From positions 1-37,868 of IMG/VR virus record IMGVR_UViG_3300037851_000958: a DNA stretch of 37,868 nucleotides; one strand, written 5' to 3'. This stretch comes from a virus. Lineage: Duplodnaviria > Caudoviricetes. The notes below the pieces were generated by a model, which saw only the letters and a program-made list of their open reading frames with translations, was not told the DNA's origin and did no database searches. Both the position numbers and the translations under genes were made by a program. Positions 16,789-30,012 of this stretch are shown here, one piece after another. The first letter of the stretch is position 1. The number at the start of each line of letters is the position of its first letter.

Positions 16789-17160
16789 ATGGCCCTGAAA
16801 GTCGAAGTCATAGATGACGCGACCCCGGGCCTGCGCGAACTCTCAAGGAACGCGGAAAGGCTCGTACGGGAGGCTCAGGAAAACTCCTCCAAGGAATTGG
16901 AACGAGAGGCCCGTACAGTCCACAGGTACCGGATCCGCAGCGGATTGCTCGAACGTGCCACCAAGTCCGAGATAGTGCAGTCCGCAATCAATCTATACAT
17001 CGACAACGGCCTTGCCGACTATGGCAAATACGTCCACGAGGGTACGAACAAGCGCCCTCCGGACAGGTTCGTGTATCAGGCCATGGAACGCAAGGAAGAC
17101 AGCATCCGCGACAAGATTGAAACGGCTTTTGACAAGGCCATAACTGCGGCGGGGTTCTGA
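16789..17160 (+). CDS. HK97 gp10-like neck/tail-completion protein
   Basis: RIRSGLLERA...YGKYVHEGT...PDRFVYQAM. Confidence 0.75.
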   Translation: MALKVEVIDDATPGLRELSRNAERLVREAQENSSKELEREARTVHRYRIRSGLLERATKSEIVQSAINLYIDNGLADYGKYVHEGTNKRPPDRFVYQAMERKEDSIRDKIETAFDKAITAAGF

Positions 17161-17161
17161 G

Positions 17162-17542
17162 ATGAGCTACATATCCACCAGCGACGTCACCGACAAGATT
17201 GTGGACGGTTTCGACATCACGCCGTACATCCTTGAAGCAGACGACGCCGTCAATGATCTCGCCGAGACCATCGGAGTGCGCACCACCACTGACATATGTG
17301 TGGCCCCTTTGCATTACAAGGTCCGCAGGTATGCAGTGGAGTATACGCTCATGCGGTTCTGCCAGGACAAGATTGCGGGGTCGAACACAGAGGTGCCGGA
17401 GTCGAACAAGTACCTCATAGGGTTCGAGATGCACCGCAAGATGGTGGACTCGCTCGTCAAGCAGATCACCCCGCATATGCTCACCGGTGACGTCAACGCC
17501 ATTTCTGACAGAGTCACCTCTGTCGATGTGTGGAGGGGATGA
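17162..17542 (+). CDS. head-tail adaptor
   Basis: MSYISTSDV...ILEADDAVN...C-terminal VWRG; position in the neck cluster. Confidence 0.7.
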   Translation: MSYISTSDVTDKIVDGFDITPYILEADDAVNDLAETIGVRTTTDICVAPLHYKVRRYAVEYTLMRFCQDKIAGSNTEVPESNKYLIGFEMHRKMVDSLVKQITPHMLTGDVNAISDRVTSVDVWRG

Positions 17543-17823
17543 TGGCTGATTACTGCGGTGGACTCGAACAGTGCGAGAAGATATTCCTGCGCATAGCGAC
17601 GTATTGGCGGTCGGCACTTATCGGGTTCGTGGGGCTGCTTGGTCTGGCCACCGGGGTCTGGGCTTGGACATGGAAACAGATGGAGACACGGGACGCCGCG
17701 CTTGAACACAGGATGCAGTACATCGAGGCGTCGTTGAATGACATATCATATCTCAGGTCTCAAAGTAACGAGATCCTCGAGAACCAGCGTCTGATACTCA
17801 AGTACTTCGAGAAGAAGAGGTAA
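17539..17823 (+). CDS. single-TM coiled-coil membrane protein
   Basis: Hydrophobic ALIGFVGLLGLATGVWAW followed by a coiled coil; ATGA coupling. Confidence 0.6.
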   Translation: MMADYCGGLEQCEKIFLRIATYWRSALIGFVGLLGLATGVWAWTWKQMETRDAALEHRMQYIEASLNDISYLRSQSNEILENQRLILKYFEKKR

Positions 17824-17824
17824 C

Positions 17825-18316
17825 ATGGCCACCGACATGCTGACACAGATAGAAGATGGCATGAAGAATGCCATCCTTGGCATGAGGGAAGGCCCGTACT
17901 TCTTCACTTGGGGGACGGTGAACGACCCCGACATGGCAAGGCAGGAGTTCCCGAGCGCGGAGATAATGCTCCTTGAAGAGGAGAACCTCGACGAGGACAC
18001 CGGCGCTCACTCCGGCGCCTACATGAACAGGGCCACATATGAAATAGTAGTGCGTGCGAGGCTACCACAGGAGGTCACAAGCGGTCTGCAGGTTTACGAG
18101 ATCAACGAGGAACTGAACAAGGCCTTGTCTGACCTCAAGAAGCTGTTCGGCATCAACTACAACCTGTCAGCATGCTTCGTGGTGCGCTACCAACGCATGA
18201 GGCGTGAGAGGGAGCCGCAAGGTGATCTGCTCATACCAAAACGCATGATAGCGGAGTTCACAGTCGACTACGTGCAGGACCGTAGTGACCCAACCACGGG
18301 AGCGGACGGAGCATGA
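17825..18316 (+). CDS. tail terminator protein
   Basis: Acidic 163 aa with FPSAEIML and a C-terminal FTVDYVQ strand; precedes the tail tube. Confidence 0.65.
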   Translation: MATDMLTQIEDGMKNAILGMREGPYFFTWGTVNDPDMARQEFPSAEIMLLEEENLDEDTGAHSGAYMNRATYEIVVRARLPQEVTSGLQVYEINEELNKALSDLKKLFGINYNLSACFVVRYQRMRREREPQGDLLIPKRMIAEFTVDYVQDRSDPTTGADGA

Positions 18317-18522
18317 GCATGTACGTGGTCCCTGTGAAGGGGATACTTGAATGGAACGGGAGGATATACGGAGCCGGTGAAGGCGTGCCGGGGTATGTTC
18401 CCCCTGCGCCGAAGGTTGAACAAAAGCCTGAGCCCAAGGCTGAACGTAAGGGCAGGCGGTCGTCCAGGTCGGAACCCGCTGAACTAACCAACAGTGCCGT
18501 CGCCGAGGACGTGACGGAGTAG
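18313..18522 (+). CDS. hypothetical protein (69 aa)
   Basis: ATGA coupling; charged low-complexity C-terminus. Confidence 0.6.
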   Translation: MSMYVVPVKGILEWNGRIYGAGEGVPGYVPPAPKVEQKPEPKAERKGRRSSRSEPAELTNSAVAEDVTE

Positions 18523-18535
18523 GAAGGAGCGGCAA

Positions 18536-19567
18536 ATGGCAGGATATCTCAGCCAGAATCTGCGGTTCCTGGTCGGCAAGATTGAGACGACGGCCGGGAC
18601 GATGGAGACTCTGACGGGGGCGGACTTCGATGTGCGTATCCGCGACCCGCAGATCACCATCAACGTCGAAGTCGACGACGAAAACTCGAAGTGGGCCCGC
18701 GGCGACCATGGCGAGGACCACACCATCACGGGCATCCAGACTGCACAGATCACGTTCAGCGTCCGCTGTGCGTGGTCCGGAGCCGTGGCTTCGGAACCCG
18801 ATTGGTCCAAGTTCTTGAAGGGGTGCGGGGCCAAGGCGGTGACGTACGCCTCGACGGGCATCGGATATCAGCCCTTGAAGGAGTACGATATCAAGACCAT
18901 GACCTTGTGGATGTACGACTGCCAGACGGGTGCCACCCCGAGCGCCGTATGCTACAAGATCAAGGGCGCGATGGGTAACTGCGTCATCGGAGCGGACGGC
19001 GTGGGCAAGCCTTGGATGGCGTCGTTCACGTTCTCGGGCGTGGTGAGCGACGTGGTCGACGTGGCTTACGCGAGCATACCGCTTGCAATGGGTCTCGATA
19101 CGTCGTGCTCGGACAAGATGCTCTCCAACATCGCCTACGTGGGCACGGTCGCGGAGAAGATTTCAAGCTTCCAACTTGATTTCGGCAACGAGATCAATGC
19201 GGTGCTGGACCAGAGCGATGCGGCCGGCGTGGCGTACTACATGATCACCGCACGGCGCCCCCGTCTGACCATGAACCCGTTGGCGCAGTTGGTGGCCACG
19301 CGGGACGTGTTCGGACAGTTGACGAGCGGTCTCACGGGATGCCCGGACACGTTCAGGATCGGCATCGGTGACACAGGGTTGGACAATAAGTTCTGGTTGG
19401 AAGCACCCAAGGCTCAACTTATCAGCGCAGCTGTGGCAAATCGCGAGGGGATCGTCGCGTGGGACCAGTCGTTCAAGCTTCAGGCGAACGGGGTCACCGG
19501 CGCTTTGACGAACAGCGTGTTCTCACCCGAGACGACATTCGAAATTCTCCAAGGTAAGAGGGCATAA
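18536..19567 (+). CDS. major tail tube protein
   Basis: KIETTAGT start, FLKGCG, ISSFQLDFGNEI, ITARRPRLTMNP; located before the chaperones and tape measure; no sheath gene. Confidence 0.82.
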   Translation: MAGYLSQNLRFLVGKIETTAGTMETLTGADFDVRIRDPQITINVEVDDENSKWARGDHGEDHTITGIQTAQITFSVRCAWSGAVASEPDWSKFLKGCGAKAVTYASTGIGYQPLKEYDIKTMTLWMYDCQTGATPSAVCYKIKGAMGNCVIGADGVGKPWMASFTFSGVVSDVVDVAYASIPLAMGLDTSCSDKMLSNIAYVGTVAEKISSFQLDFGNEINAVLDQSDAAGVAYYMITARRPRLTMNPLAQLVATRDVFGQLTSGLTGCPDTFRIGIGDTGLDNKFWLEAPKAQLISAAVANREGIVAWDQSFKLQANGVTGALTNSVFSPETTFEILQGKRA

Positions 19568-19608
19568 GGACTTATCATAAATACTCAAATCTGACAGGAA
19601 GGTACAAG

Positions 19609-20070
19609 ATGGCGGAAATCAGGATGACAGCGGAAAAACGGGAGGAGCTCCTTGGGCTCCTCCCTTTCAGCACCAAGGCGACTTTGGAGTACATCCCGGG
19701 TCCTTATTTGATGAAGAAGGGCGACACGGGGCAGGAGGAGTACGTCGTACCCGAGAACATGCGCCCTGTGTTCAGTATCAGGGCCATGACCCGTGGAGAG
19801 ATGGACGACCTCAAGCGCAAGTCGAAGGGCCAGCAGATGGACGACGACAAGCTACGCGAGGTCGTGGCGTCAGTGGTCGTGGGGTGGAAGGATCTATACG
19901 ATATCGCTCCCGAAATACCCGAAGAGATACCGTACAAACAGGATCCAAAGGGAGGAGCCGACCGTGAGACATTCAGGTTGGTGCCGGCCCCTGTGGTCGC
20001 CGACCTCGCGATGTGCATACTTCGAATGAATGGCCTCATGGGGACGGAGGCGATGGGTTTAAGATCCTAG
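19609..20070 (+). CDS. tail assembly chaperone (lambda gpG-like)
   Basis: Position; VVGWKDL; ends at a slippery site. Confidence 0.8.
   Translation: MAEIRMTAEKREELLGLLPFSTKATLEYIPGPYLMKKGDTGQEEYVVPENMRPVFSIRAMTRGEMDDLKRKSKGQQMDDDKLREVVASVVVGWKDLYDIAPEIPEEIPYKQDPKGGADRETFRLVPAPVVADLAMCILRMNGLMGTEAMGLRS
20055..20061 (+). other. -1 programmed ribosomal frameshift site G GGT TTA
   Basis: X XXY YYZ heptamer in the correct phase; the -1 frame is open to 20435; hairpin CCGCC-N6-GGCGG at 20071-86. Confidence 0.8.
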
Positions 20071-20435
20071 CCGCCCTCCACGGCGGGGGCCTTGAACTAT
20101 CATGCAAGGCCTGCACCGGGGACCCGCAGTTGAAGTCGTTGAGCGGGTGCGAAGAACCAGCGCAGGAACCGGTCTGGGAGTACGAAGGGGACGTGTGGTA
20201 CAGTTGCCCCATACTGTTCGTCCCTGAGATAGTATCGGCTTGGTATGAAGAGTACGCGCATGACAAGGAGTTCGGATGCGCAGTCCCCTTCGAACAGAGG
20301 CCAGCAAGGTGGGTGGAGGCCCTGAACCTGTACCGCTCGTGTTTATCTGAGTGGCAGGCGGAGGCGGCGGCGAAGGCGAAGCAGGAGATGCAGGCATTGA
20401 AGGGGGCTGCTCGTGGCAAGAGACATCAAGATTAG
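20056..20435 (+). CDS. tail assembly chaperone extension (gpT-like, reached by -1 frameshift)
   Basis: -1 frame FKILAALHGGGLELSCKAC...GC...CP...QRPARWVEAL; has no start codon with RBS of its own. Confidence 0.75.
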
Positions 20436-22776
20436 GGCCATCCTCGAAAACAAGGTTACTCCGGAACTGAAAAAGCTTGAGAGTTCCGTCAAGGGTACAA
20501 GCAACAGCATGGCCTCTTTTGCTTCCGTTGCAAAGACAGCGGCCGTGGCATTCGCGGGATTTAAGATAGCCGAGACCGTGTGGAAAGGTCTCAAAAGCAC
20601 TGCGGATGAACTTGACCGCATAGCGGATACGTCGAAGAAGCTTAACATAGCCATCCCCGCCTTTCAGGAAATTTCCTTTGTAGCAAGCCAAGCGGGCACG
20701 AGCGTCGAGAATTTCTCGACATCGATGAACATTCTTCTGCAGAATGTACAGAAGGCTGTGACCGGCGACGCCAACTTGGCGCAATCATTTAAGTTGCTTA
20801 ACGTGGAATTGAAGAATGCGGACGGAAGTCTACGGTCCGTCGACGAACTTTTCACTGACACTGTTGATGCTCTAGGAAGCATAGATAATGCCACGGAAAG
20901 AGCCATCATAACCTACAAGTTGTTCGGCAAGTCAGCGCAGGAAATAGCGCTTATAATGGGGAAGGGGAAGAATTCCTTCAAGGAGACACGTGCGGCTGCG
21001 AGAGAGATGGGGATAGTAATATCCACCGAGGCAGTGCTCGCTGGCGATAAATTCAACGATGCTTTCGGTCTTATGATTGCGCAGATGAAGCGCATGAAGG
21101 CAGAAGCCGCGGCGCCATTACTGGCAGGTCTTACAAGCGCGATGAGCGACCTGTCAAAATTCATGGCCACCGCCATGAGGGACATAGCCTCCGCTTGGGA
21201 TAAGATGCTTGATGTCATGGCGTTTGGCACTCAAGGATTGGCAAAGAAGTTTCAAAAAGAAGCGTTCAACATGCTCTTTCTTGATCCGGTATATTTTACA
21301 AAATTCCTGCTATTTATTCGTAGCTTAGTGGACACGGTGTTTTCAGGTTTTGCTGAGTATTTGGGCAGGAAGTTGTACGCGGGTATTTTTGGTTCATTAT
21401 CTATTGCGTCGAAGGCCGTTGCGGTTGCGGCGGATAACATGCTGAAGGGCATGGAAGCAGTCGCCGACAAGATAGGGCTTTCCATACCGGAGGCTCTTGA
21501 GAAAAATATAAAGAATGTATCGACTATGTCGCACGCGATGTCCAAAGAACTGAGCAAAACAATGTCAGAGGAATCAAGCAAACTTGGGCTTTTTGGAGAA
21601 GAAGGGGATACGATACAAAGGCGCCTTCAGATTCTTATTGGTGATTTCAAGAAGTATACAGCCTTGCGTGTGCAGGATAAGTGGAACACAGAGGAGCAAG
21701 CAGACGCCGAGAAGAAATTTCAATCCGAACTTGCCAAACTGTTGGAACTACTTGGTGGCAAGAATAAACTCAAGAAGGAAGAAATAGATCTTGATAAGAT
21801 TTTGTACGGAATGTTCAAGTCATATGTCGAAGGATACATCAAAGCGGACAAGGCAGCCATATCCTCTTTGGAAAAACGCAAGGCCATTGTTGAGGGGTCG
21901 ATTTCAGCCTATGAGATCCTTTCCGATTGGGCGGCGAAGGCGGCCGGGGCGGAGTTTGGACCATCGGGGCAGGGGCTTAGCCTTATCTCCGAGCAGAATC
22001 GCGCCCTGTCCGACCTAGAGGTGGCCTACAAGAAAGGCCTCGTGGCATATCAGGATTACGCGGACGGCGTCGCCAACATCGACCGGTACTATGCCGCGCA
22101 GCACCGGCAAGTGGTCGCGGACACCACCGTGGAGATGATGGACTACGGGATGCAGGTGTTCGACGCGTTCAGCGGGTTGGCCAACCAGATCTCCGAGAAC
22201 CAGATGAAGGACATCGACCGTTGGGAGGAACGCGAAGAACGGCGCATCGAAAACTCCCTGCTCGCGCAGGAGTACAAGGAAGCCGAACTAGAAAAACTCC
22301 GCGCCAAGGCGGAGTCGAGGCGCAAGAGAGAGTTCGAGGAGATGAAGGCCCTGCGCATCGCCGAGGCCGTGATCAACACCGCCGCCGGCGTGGTGCAGGA
22401 ACTCGGCAAGGAAGGTGTGTACGGTATCATCACGGGTCTGTTGGTGGCCGCCGCCGGCGCCGCAGAGATAGCGACCATCGCCGCCGAGTCCTACGCGCAG
22501 GGTGGTGTGGTCCCCGGCAATTCCTTCACGGGGGACAAGGTCCCGGCCCGGGTCAACTCGGGAGAGATGATACTGACGCAGGCCGACCAGGCGATGCTCG
22601 CCGACGCCATCAAGTCGGGCGGCATGGGCGGACAGACCATAGACGCCAGCATCAATATCTCCGGCAATGCGGACGCGTCCACGGTGGCGGCGTTGAGGGG
22701 CGCGCAGGAGAAGCAGATAGAGCAGTTGAGGAGCCTCGTACTTGAGGCCAAGTACAGGGGACGGTGGCCTGAATGA
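20413..22776 (+). CDS. tape measure protein (787 aa)
   Basis: Long Ala-rich helical protein after the chaperones; C-terminal YAQGGVVPGNSFTGDKVPARVNSGEMILT. Confidence 0.9.
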   Translation: MARDIKIRAILENKVTPELKKLESSVKGTSNSMASFASVAKTAAVAFAGFKIAETVWKGLKSTADELDRIADTSKKLNIAIPAFQEISFVASQAGTSVENFSTSMNILLQNVQKAVTGDANLAQSFKLLNVELKNADGSLRSVDELFTDTVDALGSIDNATERAIITYKLFGKSAQEIALIMGKGKNSFKETRAAAREMGIVISTEAVLAGDKFNDAFGLMIAQMKRMKAEAAAPLLAGLTSAMSDLSKFMATAMRDIASAWDKMLDVMAFGTQGLAKKFQKEAFNMLFLDPVYFTKFLLFIRSLVDTVFSGFAEYLGRKLYAGIFGSLSIASKAVAVAADNMLKGMEAVADKIGLSIPEALEKNIKNVSTMSHAMSKELSKTMSEESSKLGLFGEEGDTIQRRLQILIGDFKKYTALRVQDKWNTEEQADAEKKFQSELAKLLELLGGKNKLKKEEIDLDKILYGMFKSYVEGYIKADKAAISSLEKRKAIVEGSISAYEILSDWAAKAAGAEFGPSGQGLSLISEQNRALSDLEVAYKKGLVAYQDYADGVANIDRYYAAQHRQVVADTTVEMMDYGMQVFDAFSGLANQISENQMKDIDRWEEREERRIENSLLAQEYKEAELEKLRAKAESRRKREFEEMKALRIAEAVINTAAGVVQELGKEGVYGIITGLLVAAAGAAEIATIAAESYAQGGVVPGNSFTGDKVPARVNSGEMILTQADQAMLADAIKSGGMGGQTIDASINISGNADASTVAALRGAQEKQIEQLRSLVLEAKYRGRWPE

Positions 22777-23543
22777 GGATAGACGGAACAGGCATTGGCG
22801 ACCCGGTCAGCGTGAAGGTCTTGAAGGACTTCACCCCGCGCACGAAACTCGCCATCACGTGGGTCAAATGCTCTGACGGTTCCTACGTGGGGGCCGACAG
22901 GGGTGCCACTTCTGACGTCTACGAGTCCCAGATACGCGTATATGGTCACATGACGGACATCAATAACTTGGTGGACGCCTTGCAGCAGAACCGTGCCGCT
23001 GGAGACAATGAACTTACTTTGGATTGGTTCGCCAGCGACGAACACATCTTCGGGGAGGACGTGGACCATTCAGGTTCGATAACGGCTACCGTGCTGGACT
23101 TCGGCACCATCAAGCAGGGATCGTGGGGAGGGTTCGGGGTCAGTATGAGATTGAGGGCCCTGTCACCTTCGCTCATCGGCACCGCTACCCTCCCCACGTT
23201 GCAGTACCTCGACCACGGATACGAGGCGGATTCGTCCGTATCGGTGAACAAGATAGATACGATGGTGGGGTCCTACGCGTATCAGGATCATCTTGCGGAC
23301 GCGGGGACCTTCCAAGGGGTCTTTAGCTTGTCGGTGACCGACATGCGGAACCTGAGGGCCTACCTGCGTACGGTGCGGGGGTCGTCGTTCACAGTGGCGT
23401 CCATAGCCGGCGTACAGTATCCTTGGGGGCCGCGTAGAGGGTCATGGCCCATTACGTGCAGGTGTACGGAATGGAATGACCAGGGGATGTGGGGTGAGAA
23501 CTTCTGGCGGGTCGCGCTTACCTTGAACGAGGTGAGGTCCTGA
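22773..23543 (+). CDS. putative distal tail protein
   Basis: Directly after the TMP with ATGA coupling; beta-rich, ends VALTLNEV. Confidence 0.6.
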   Translation: MRIDGTGIGDPVSVKVLKDFTPRTKLAITWVKCSDGSYVGADRGATSDVYESQIRVYGHMTDINNLVDALQQNRAAGDNELTLDWFASDEHIFGEDVDHSGSITATVLDFGTIKQGSWGGFGVSMRLRALSPSLIGTATLPTLQYLDHGYEADSSVSVNKIDTMVGSYAYQDHLADAGTFQGVFSLSVTDMRNLRAYLRTVRGSSFTVASIAGVQYPWGPRRGSWPITCRCTEWNDQGMWGENFWRVALTLNEVRS

Positions 23544-23998
23544 TGCCTGGATACATAGCGGCATCCTCTGACTCCCGGAAGTGGTACAAGTTCACGCGAC
23601 CGGTCCCGCTTGATTTGAACGTGTACGGAACAAAAGGCCAGGACAGGGACGGGTCATATACCGTTAATTTGGCCTCTCAGGTGAGAGCCGAAGAGGATTA
23701 TTATGATGGAGACTTGGCTCTTGGTGGATGCACCGGTGCCGTGTGGCGTGTGGGGTCTCCGACGGGGTACTACTCCGACAGATGGGACAGGAAGTATCAG
23801 GTGCAGCCTACGGGCTGTTTTGTGGTATCCGGGCAGACAGGGCCGGACGGAGGCTACCGGGTGAGCTGGAGCGTGTCGTTCCCGAACGTGACCGGCGCGG
23901 CCCATGGCCAATATTACGGGGTCGAGGTGTGGGCCGGGGCCACCGGGCCGCACTTCTCCAACGAGACCGTCCTGAAAGTGGACGACACGATAGGATGA
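23543..23998 (+). CDS. putative virion protein
   Basis: TGATG coupling; C-terminus (YYGVEVW...[12 protein letters not shown]) resembles the N-terminal domain of the next gene (YYFGLIF...[12 protein letters not shown]); six TG motifs. Confidence 0.65.
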   Translation: MPGYIAASSDSRKWYKFTRPVPLDLNVYGTKGQDRDGSYTVNLASQVRAEEDYYDGDLALGGCTGAVWRVGSPTGYYSDRWDRKYQVQPTGCFVVSGQTGPDGGYRVSWSVSFPNVTGAAHGQYYGVEVWAGATGPHFSNETVLKVDDTIG

Positions 23999-24002
23999 GG
24001 CC

Positions 24003-26395
<2,393 letters not shown>

Positions 26396-26399
<4 letters not shown>

Positions 26400-27112
26400 T
26401 GCCGAACCTTATGATAATGCCTGTAGTCCCGGTTGAGGAATCAGCCCTTGGTGGCGGCACGGCCTACCATTGGATGTACAATGACGGGTCGGGGACCACT
26501 GTCGCGGAGGAGTTCCACGGCAAGAATTTGACCACGAACTGCTCGTGGGTGACCACGGGCAAGAACGGTACGAAGGCCGGGGACTTCAACGGGACCAACG
26601 ACTACTCGTACCTGTCGGATTCGGCCATGAATGTTGGAAGGGACTCGTTCTCTTGGGCCGCTTGGATATACCCGAATGACACACAGCCTATTCATCTTCA
26701 CGACAAAGGTGACTACTATCCTGTTCTTCACGGATATCATGTCTATTATACTGCATCAGGAGACCCCGGGAGTCAGGTTTTAGTCTATGCAGACGGTGTA
26801 ACTTCTGACCTCCTAAATGGAAGTGTAACTATAGGGCTTAACACCGGTGAATGGACCCACGTGGCTGGATCGTTCAATTATTCAGATGGCGTGATGAAGG
26901 CATATAAGAACGGTAATTATGTGGGGCAGGTTGACCTTGGTAATCCAGGAGGACTACCGAATGGTCCTGATACGACATACGTGTATTACCAATGCCGACA
27001 GGACTACTCGCCAGAGAAGTACTCGTACACGAGACTTCAGGATGTGTGGCTCATCAAGGGCTACGTCATCACTGCCTCCGAGGCGCTTTGGTTGTACAAG
27101 TATCTTGGATAG
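26396..27112 (+). CDS. LamG/concanavalin A-like lectin domain protein
   Basis: [35 protein letters not shown]...MKAYKNG. Confidence 0.85.
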
Positions 27113-27121
27113 GAGATAAGC

Positions 27122-27862
27122 ATGGCATTCCCGCAGACCCCGACCAACGGGCAGACATACACGAACGACGGTGGGACGCTCTTCCAATATTCCGCCTCCG
27201 ACAACAAGTGGCGCATCGTTGGCACGACCGGCATCATGGGCGTGCAGGGCGTAACGGGAGTGGCCGGAGTCGCCGGCGATACCGGCGTCGAAGGTGTTGA
27301 CGGTGCCACGGGAGTGGCCGGGGTCAACGGAGCCACAGGGTTAGCAGGGGCGGCGGGAGCACAAGGTGCTACTGGTGTTGCGGGAACACAGGGTGCCACA
27401 GGTGCGGCTGGTTCTGCCGGGGTGTCGTATTACAGGAATGCGAGTTCGTGGACCACTTCCAGTGCCACACTTGCCGGGATATCAGGGATGGCTTTTGCAG
27501 TTGAAGCCAACAAGCTTTACATTGCCGAGTTTACCATCTTCTGTTCAAATGCCAATAATGGCGATTTTATGTACGACGTCACAGGTCCGTCTTCTGTTGA
27601 TGCTATAGGATTTGAAGTAGAAAGAGAGGGTGGTTCTGGTAACCCTTCATTTGCAGAATATAAAACAGGACTTTCTTCATTAACGTCTAACTCTTATTCC
27701 GCCACTGCTGGATACTATCATCGCATCAGAATGTCTGTGGATACTAATGCCAATGCTGGAACGATACAGTTACGGGCTCGTCTTACTTCTGAATCATCTG
27801 GTCGTACATCAACAGTACTTGCCGGAAGTTACTTCATAGTGGGCGTGGCAACTTCCGTTTAA
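27122..27862 (+). CDS. collagen-like fibre protein 2 (246 aa)
   Basis: N-terminal [13 protein letters not shown] module, short GxT collagen tract, jelly-roll-like C-terminus. Confidence 0.85.
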   Translation: MAFPQTPTNGQTYTNDGGTLFQYSASDNKWRIVGTTGIMGVQGVTGVAGVAGDTGVEGVDGATGVAGVNGATGLAGAAGAQGATGVAGTQGATGAAGSAGVSYYRNASSWTTSSATLAGISGMAFAVEANKLYIAEFTIFCSNANNGDFMYDVTGPSSVDAIGFEVEREGGSGNPSFAEYKTGLSSLTSNSYSATAGYYHRIRMSVDTNANAGTIQLRARLTSESSGRTSTVLAGSYFIVGVATSV

Positions 27863-27879
27863 GGATAAGGGGCAATACC

Positions 27880-28971
27880 ATGTCATTCCCAAGCAGCCCT
27901 ACCAACGGGCAAGTCTACGTCGCCAACAATGGTGCCGCGTTCCAATACCGTGCCTCCACGAACTCGTGGCTCATCACTGGCTACACGGGCATCGTCGGCG
28001 CCACCGGCATGCAGGGTAACCAGGGTGTGACCGGACTTCAGGGTGCACAAGGTGATCAAGGCGATACTGGTGTACAGGGTATCCAAGGAGACACCGGCGC
28101 TCAAGGACTTCAAGGTGACACAGGACTTCAAGGTGCACAAGGTGACACCGGGGTGCAAGGAATGCAAGGCGCTACAGGGGTGCAGGGGATACAGGGCATC
28201 CAAGGCGACACGGGTCTCGACGGTGCAAAAGGCGATCAGGGTGACACAGGGGCGCAAGGTATTCAAGGCGTACAGGGAGACACGGGTCTCGACGGTGCAA
28301 AAGGCGATCAAGGTGACACCGGTGCACAAGGTATTCAAGGCACGCAAGGTAACACCGGCCTCGACGGTGCCAATGGTGACCAAGGTGATACGGGCGCTGT
28401 TGGTCCTGCAGGGGCAACAGGGGCGGGAGTACAGGGCGAGACCGGGTTGGAAGGAGCCCAAGGAGATCAAGGTGAAACAGGGGCTGTCGGGTCTGCAGGG
28501 GCGCAAGGAGAGACAGGACTTAATGGAGCCGACGGTGGCCAAGGCGAGACCGGAGCTGTAGGACCTGCCGGGGCGCAAGGAGAGACCGGTGCAGGCACAG
28601 CAGGTGCCGCCGGGGCCACCGGAGTCGCGGGGCCAGCAGGAAGTGCTGGCGTGGGATACCTGCATCTTGGTGTATTCAGTGCCAGCTTCACAGGATTGAA
28701 TCTCGCCATGAGTACAGTCTACAACGCAGGACTCTCCGTCGGTACTGCCGGAGATTCAGGTTTGTTCTACGTGTACGGCGGAGCAACCGGCGGTCATTAC
28801 ACAGTAATTTTCGACTATCTGTTTACGAAGATTCCTGCGAATTGGACGGGCATACAGTGGTCATCAGGTACGTCCCCTGTACTCAGTGGAGATACAGGCG
28901 TGCGAGACATGATACATCTTATGTATGACGGTGCGCGCTACTATGCACAAGCGTCTTTGGGCTATAAATAA
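27880..28971 (+). CDS. collagen-like fibre protein 3 (363 aa)
   Basis: N-terminal [13 protein letters not shown], long GDT/GxQ tract, C-terminal [12 protein letters not shown]...DMIHLMYDG fibre-end module. Confidence 0.88.
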   Translation: MSFPSSPTNGQVYVANNGAAFQYRASTNSWLITGYTGIVGATGMQGNQGVTGLQGAQGDQGDTGVQGIQGDTGAQGLQGDTGLQGAQGDTGVQGMQGATGVQGIQGIQGDTGLDGAKGDQGDTGAQGIQGVQGDTGLDGAKGDQGDTGAQGIQGTQGNTGLDGANGDQGDTGAVGPAGATGAGVQGETGLEGAQGDQGETGAVGSAGAQGETGLNGADGGQGETGAVGPAGAQGETGAGTAGAAGATGVAGPAGSAGVGYLHLGVFSASFTGLNLAMSTVYNAGLSVGTAGDSGLFYVYGGATGGHYTVIFDYLFTKIPANWTGIQWSSGTSPVLSGDTGVRDMIHLMYDGARYYAQASLGYK

Positions 28972-28980
28972 GGGGTAGGC

Positions 28981-29667
28981 ATGGCTGTACAGGTACAACG
29001 ATATCGGCACAAAGCGCAAGCCGTGACGGATGAGATGGGAAACTATAATCTCTCCAATACAGGCGTAACCTTTTTTGCATCTCCGAAGCCGCCAGGCGCA
29101 TGGGACAACTCGTGGAGCGGGTATTACACAGGAGACTATTTGAGTGCGGCTTCAAGTCCATATACTGCGCCGTCGACTGTCTTTACGGCATCACTGTGGT
29201 TACGGACTGACAGAGCTTCCGGATCCTCGACAGGATGGGACTGCATGATAGGGTACGGTACCGATACAGCCAACTCCAACTACGGCCAACTTTCATTTGA
29301 CAATGCCGCCGGGAAGTTGGAATGGGGGCATGGTCACCAGAGTGGTATCAAAGCCGATTCTTTCCTGCGCCGTCAGTACACGTGGGATCACTACGTCTTC
29401 ATCAACCATGGCGGATACATTGCGGCGTCGTCGGTTGACTTCTACCGCAACGGAGTGAAGGAAACAAGCAAGACGGTGGCTGGTGCCTTCGTAGCTTCTT
29501 CCTTCAATGCAAACCAACGACACGGATATTCAGGGCTGTACTCGTTGGATTTCCGTGGATACATGTGGGACATCAGGTCTTGGGATTACGAGTTTACGGA
29601 CGCACAGGTGAAAGCGCTGTACCAAAGTTATTTCTCAAATAACGTCTTTATGGGGCAGATGGGATGA
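28981..29667 (+). CDS. LamG/concanavalin A-like lectin domain protein
   Basis: FTASLWLRT, TWDHYVFI, FYRNGV, FRGYMWDIRSWDYEFTDAQVKALY. Confidence 0.85.
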   Translation: MAVQVQRYRHKAQAVTDEMGNYNLSNTGVTFFASPKPPGAWDNSWSGYYTGDYLSAASSPYTAPSTVFTASLWLRTDRASGSSTGWDCMIGYGTDTANSNYGQLSFDNAAGKLEWGHGHQSGIKADSFLRRQYTWDHYVFINHGGYIAASSVDFYRNGVKETSKTVAGAFVASSFNANQRHGYSGLYSLDFRGYMWDIRSWDYEFTDAQVKALYQSYFSNNVFMGQMG

Positions 29668-29978
29668 ATTCATTCAATTCACTCAAAGTAAATGAAAACA
29701 AAATAGAAAATGCCATGGGATTGGTGTGTGTATCTTCAGACATCGGCGACCATTTTTGGTATCGCAATGGTCATTGGGAACAACTTCAATCTGATGGATC
29801 TTACAAAGAATGCCAAGAACCTTCTCCGAAGAATACGTATCGCATCACTGACTATAAGAATGATCAAATCTACGTATGGGATGAGAAGCAAGTTGGAGAA
29901 GATAAATGGGTAATGGCGGACAGAACTACCCCTCGTGATCTAAATGCTGAAGGTCTTACGGACAGGGGATTCGGATGA
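29664..29978 (+). CDS. hypothetical protein (104 aa, AT-rich)
   Basis: ATGA coupling; visibly lower GC than the flanks. Confidence 0.6.
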   Translation: MNSFNSLKVNENKIENAMGLVCVSSDIGDHFWYRNGHWEQLQSDGSYKECQEPSPKNTYRITDYKNDQIYVWDEKQVGEDKWVMADRTTPRDLNAEGLTDRGFG

Positions 29979-30012
29979 ATAAAATGCACGGCACCAACGA
30001 AGGTATCCGATA

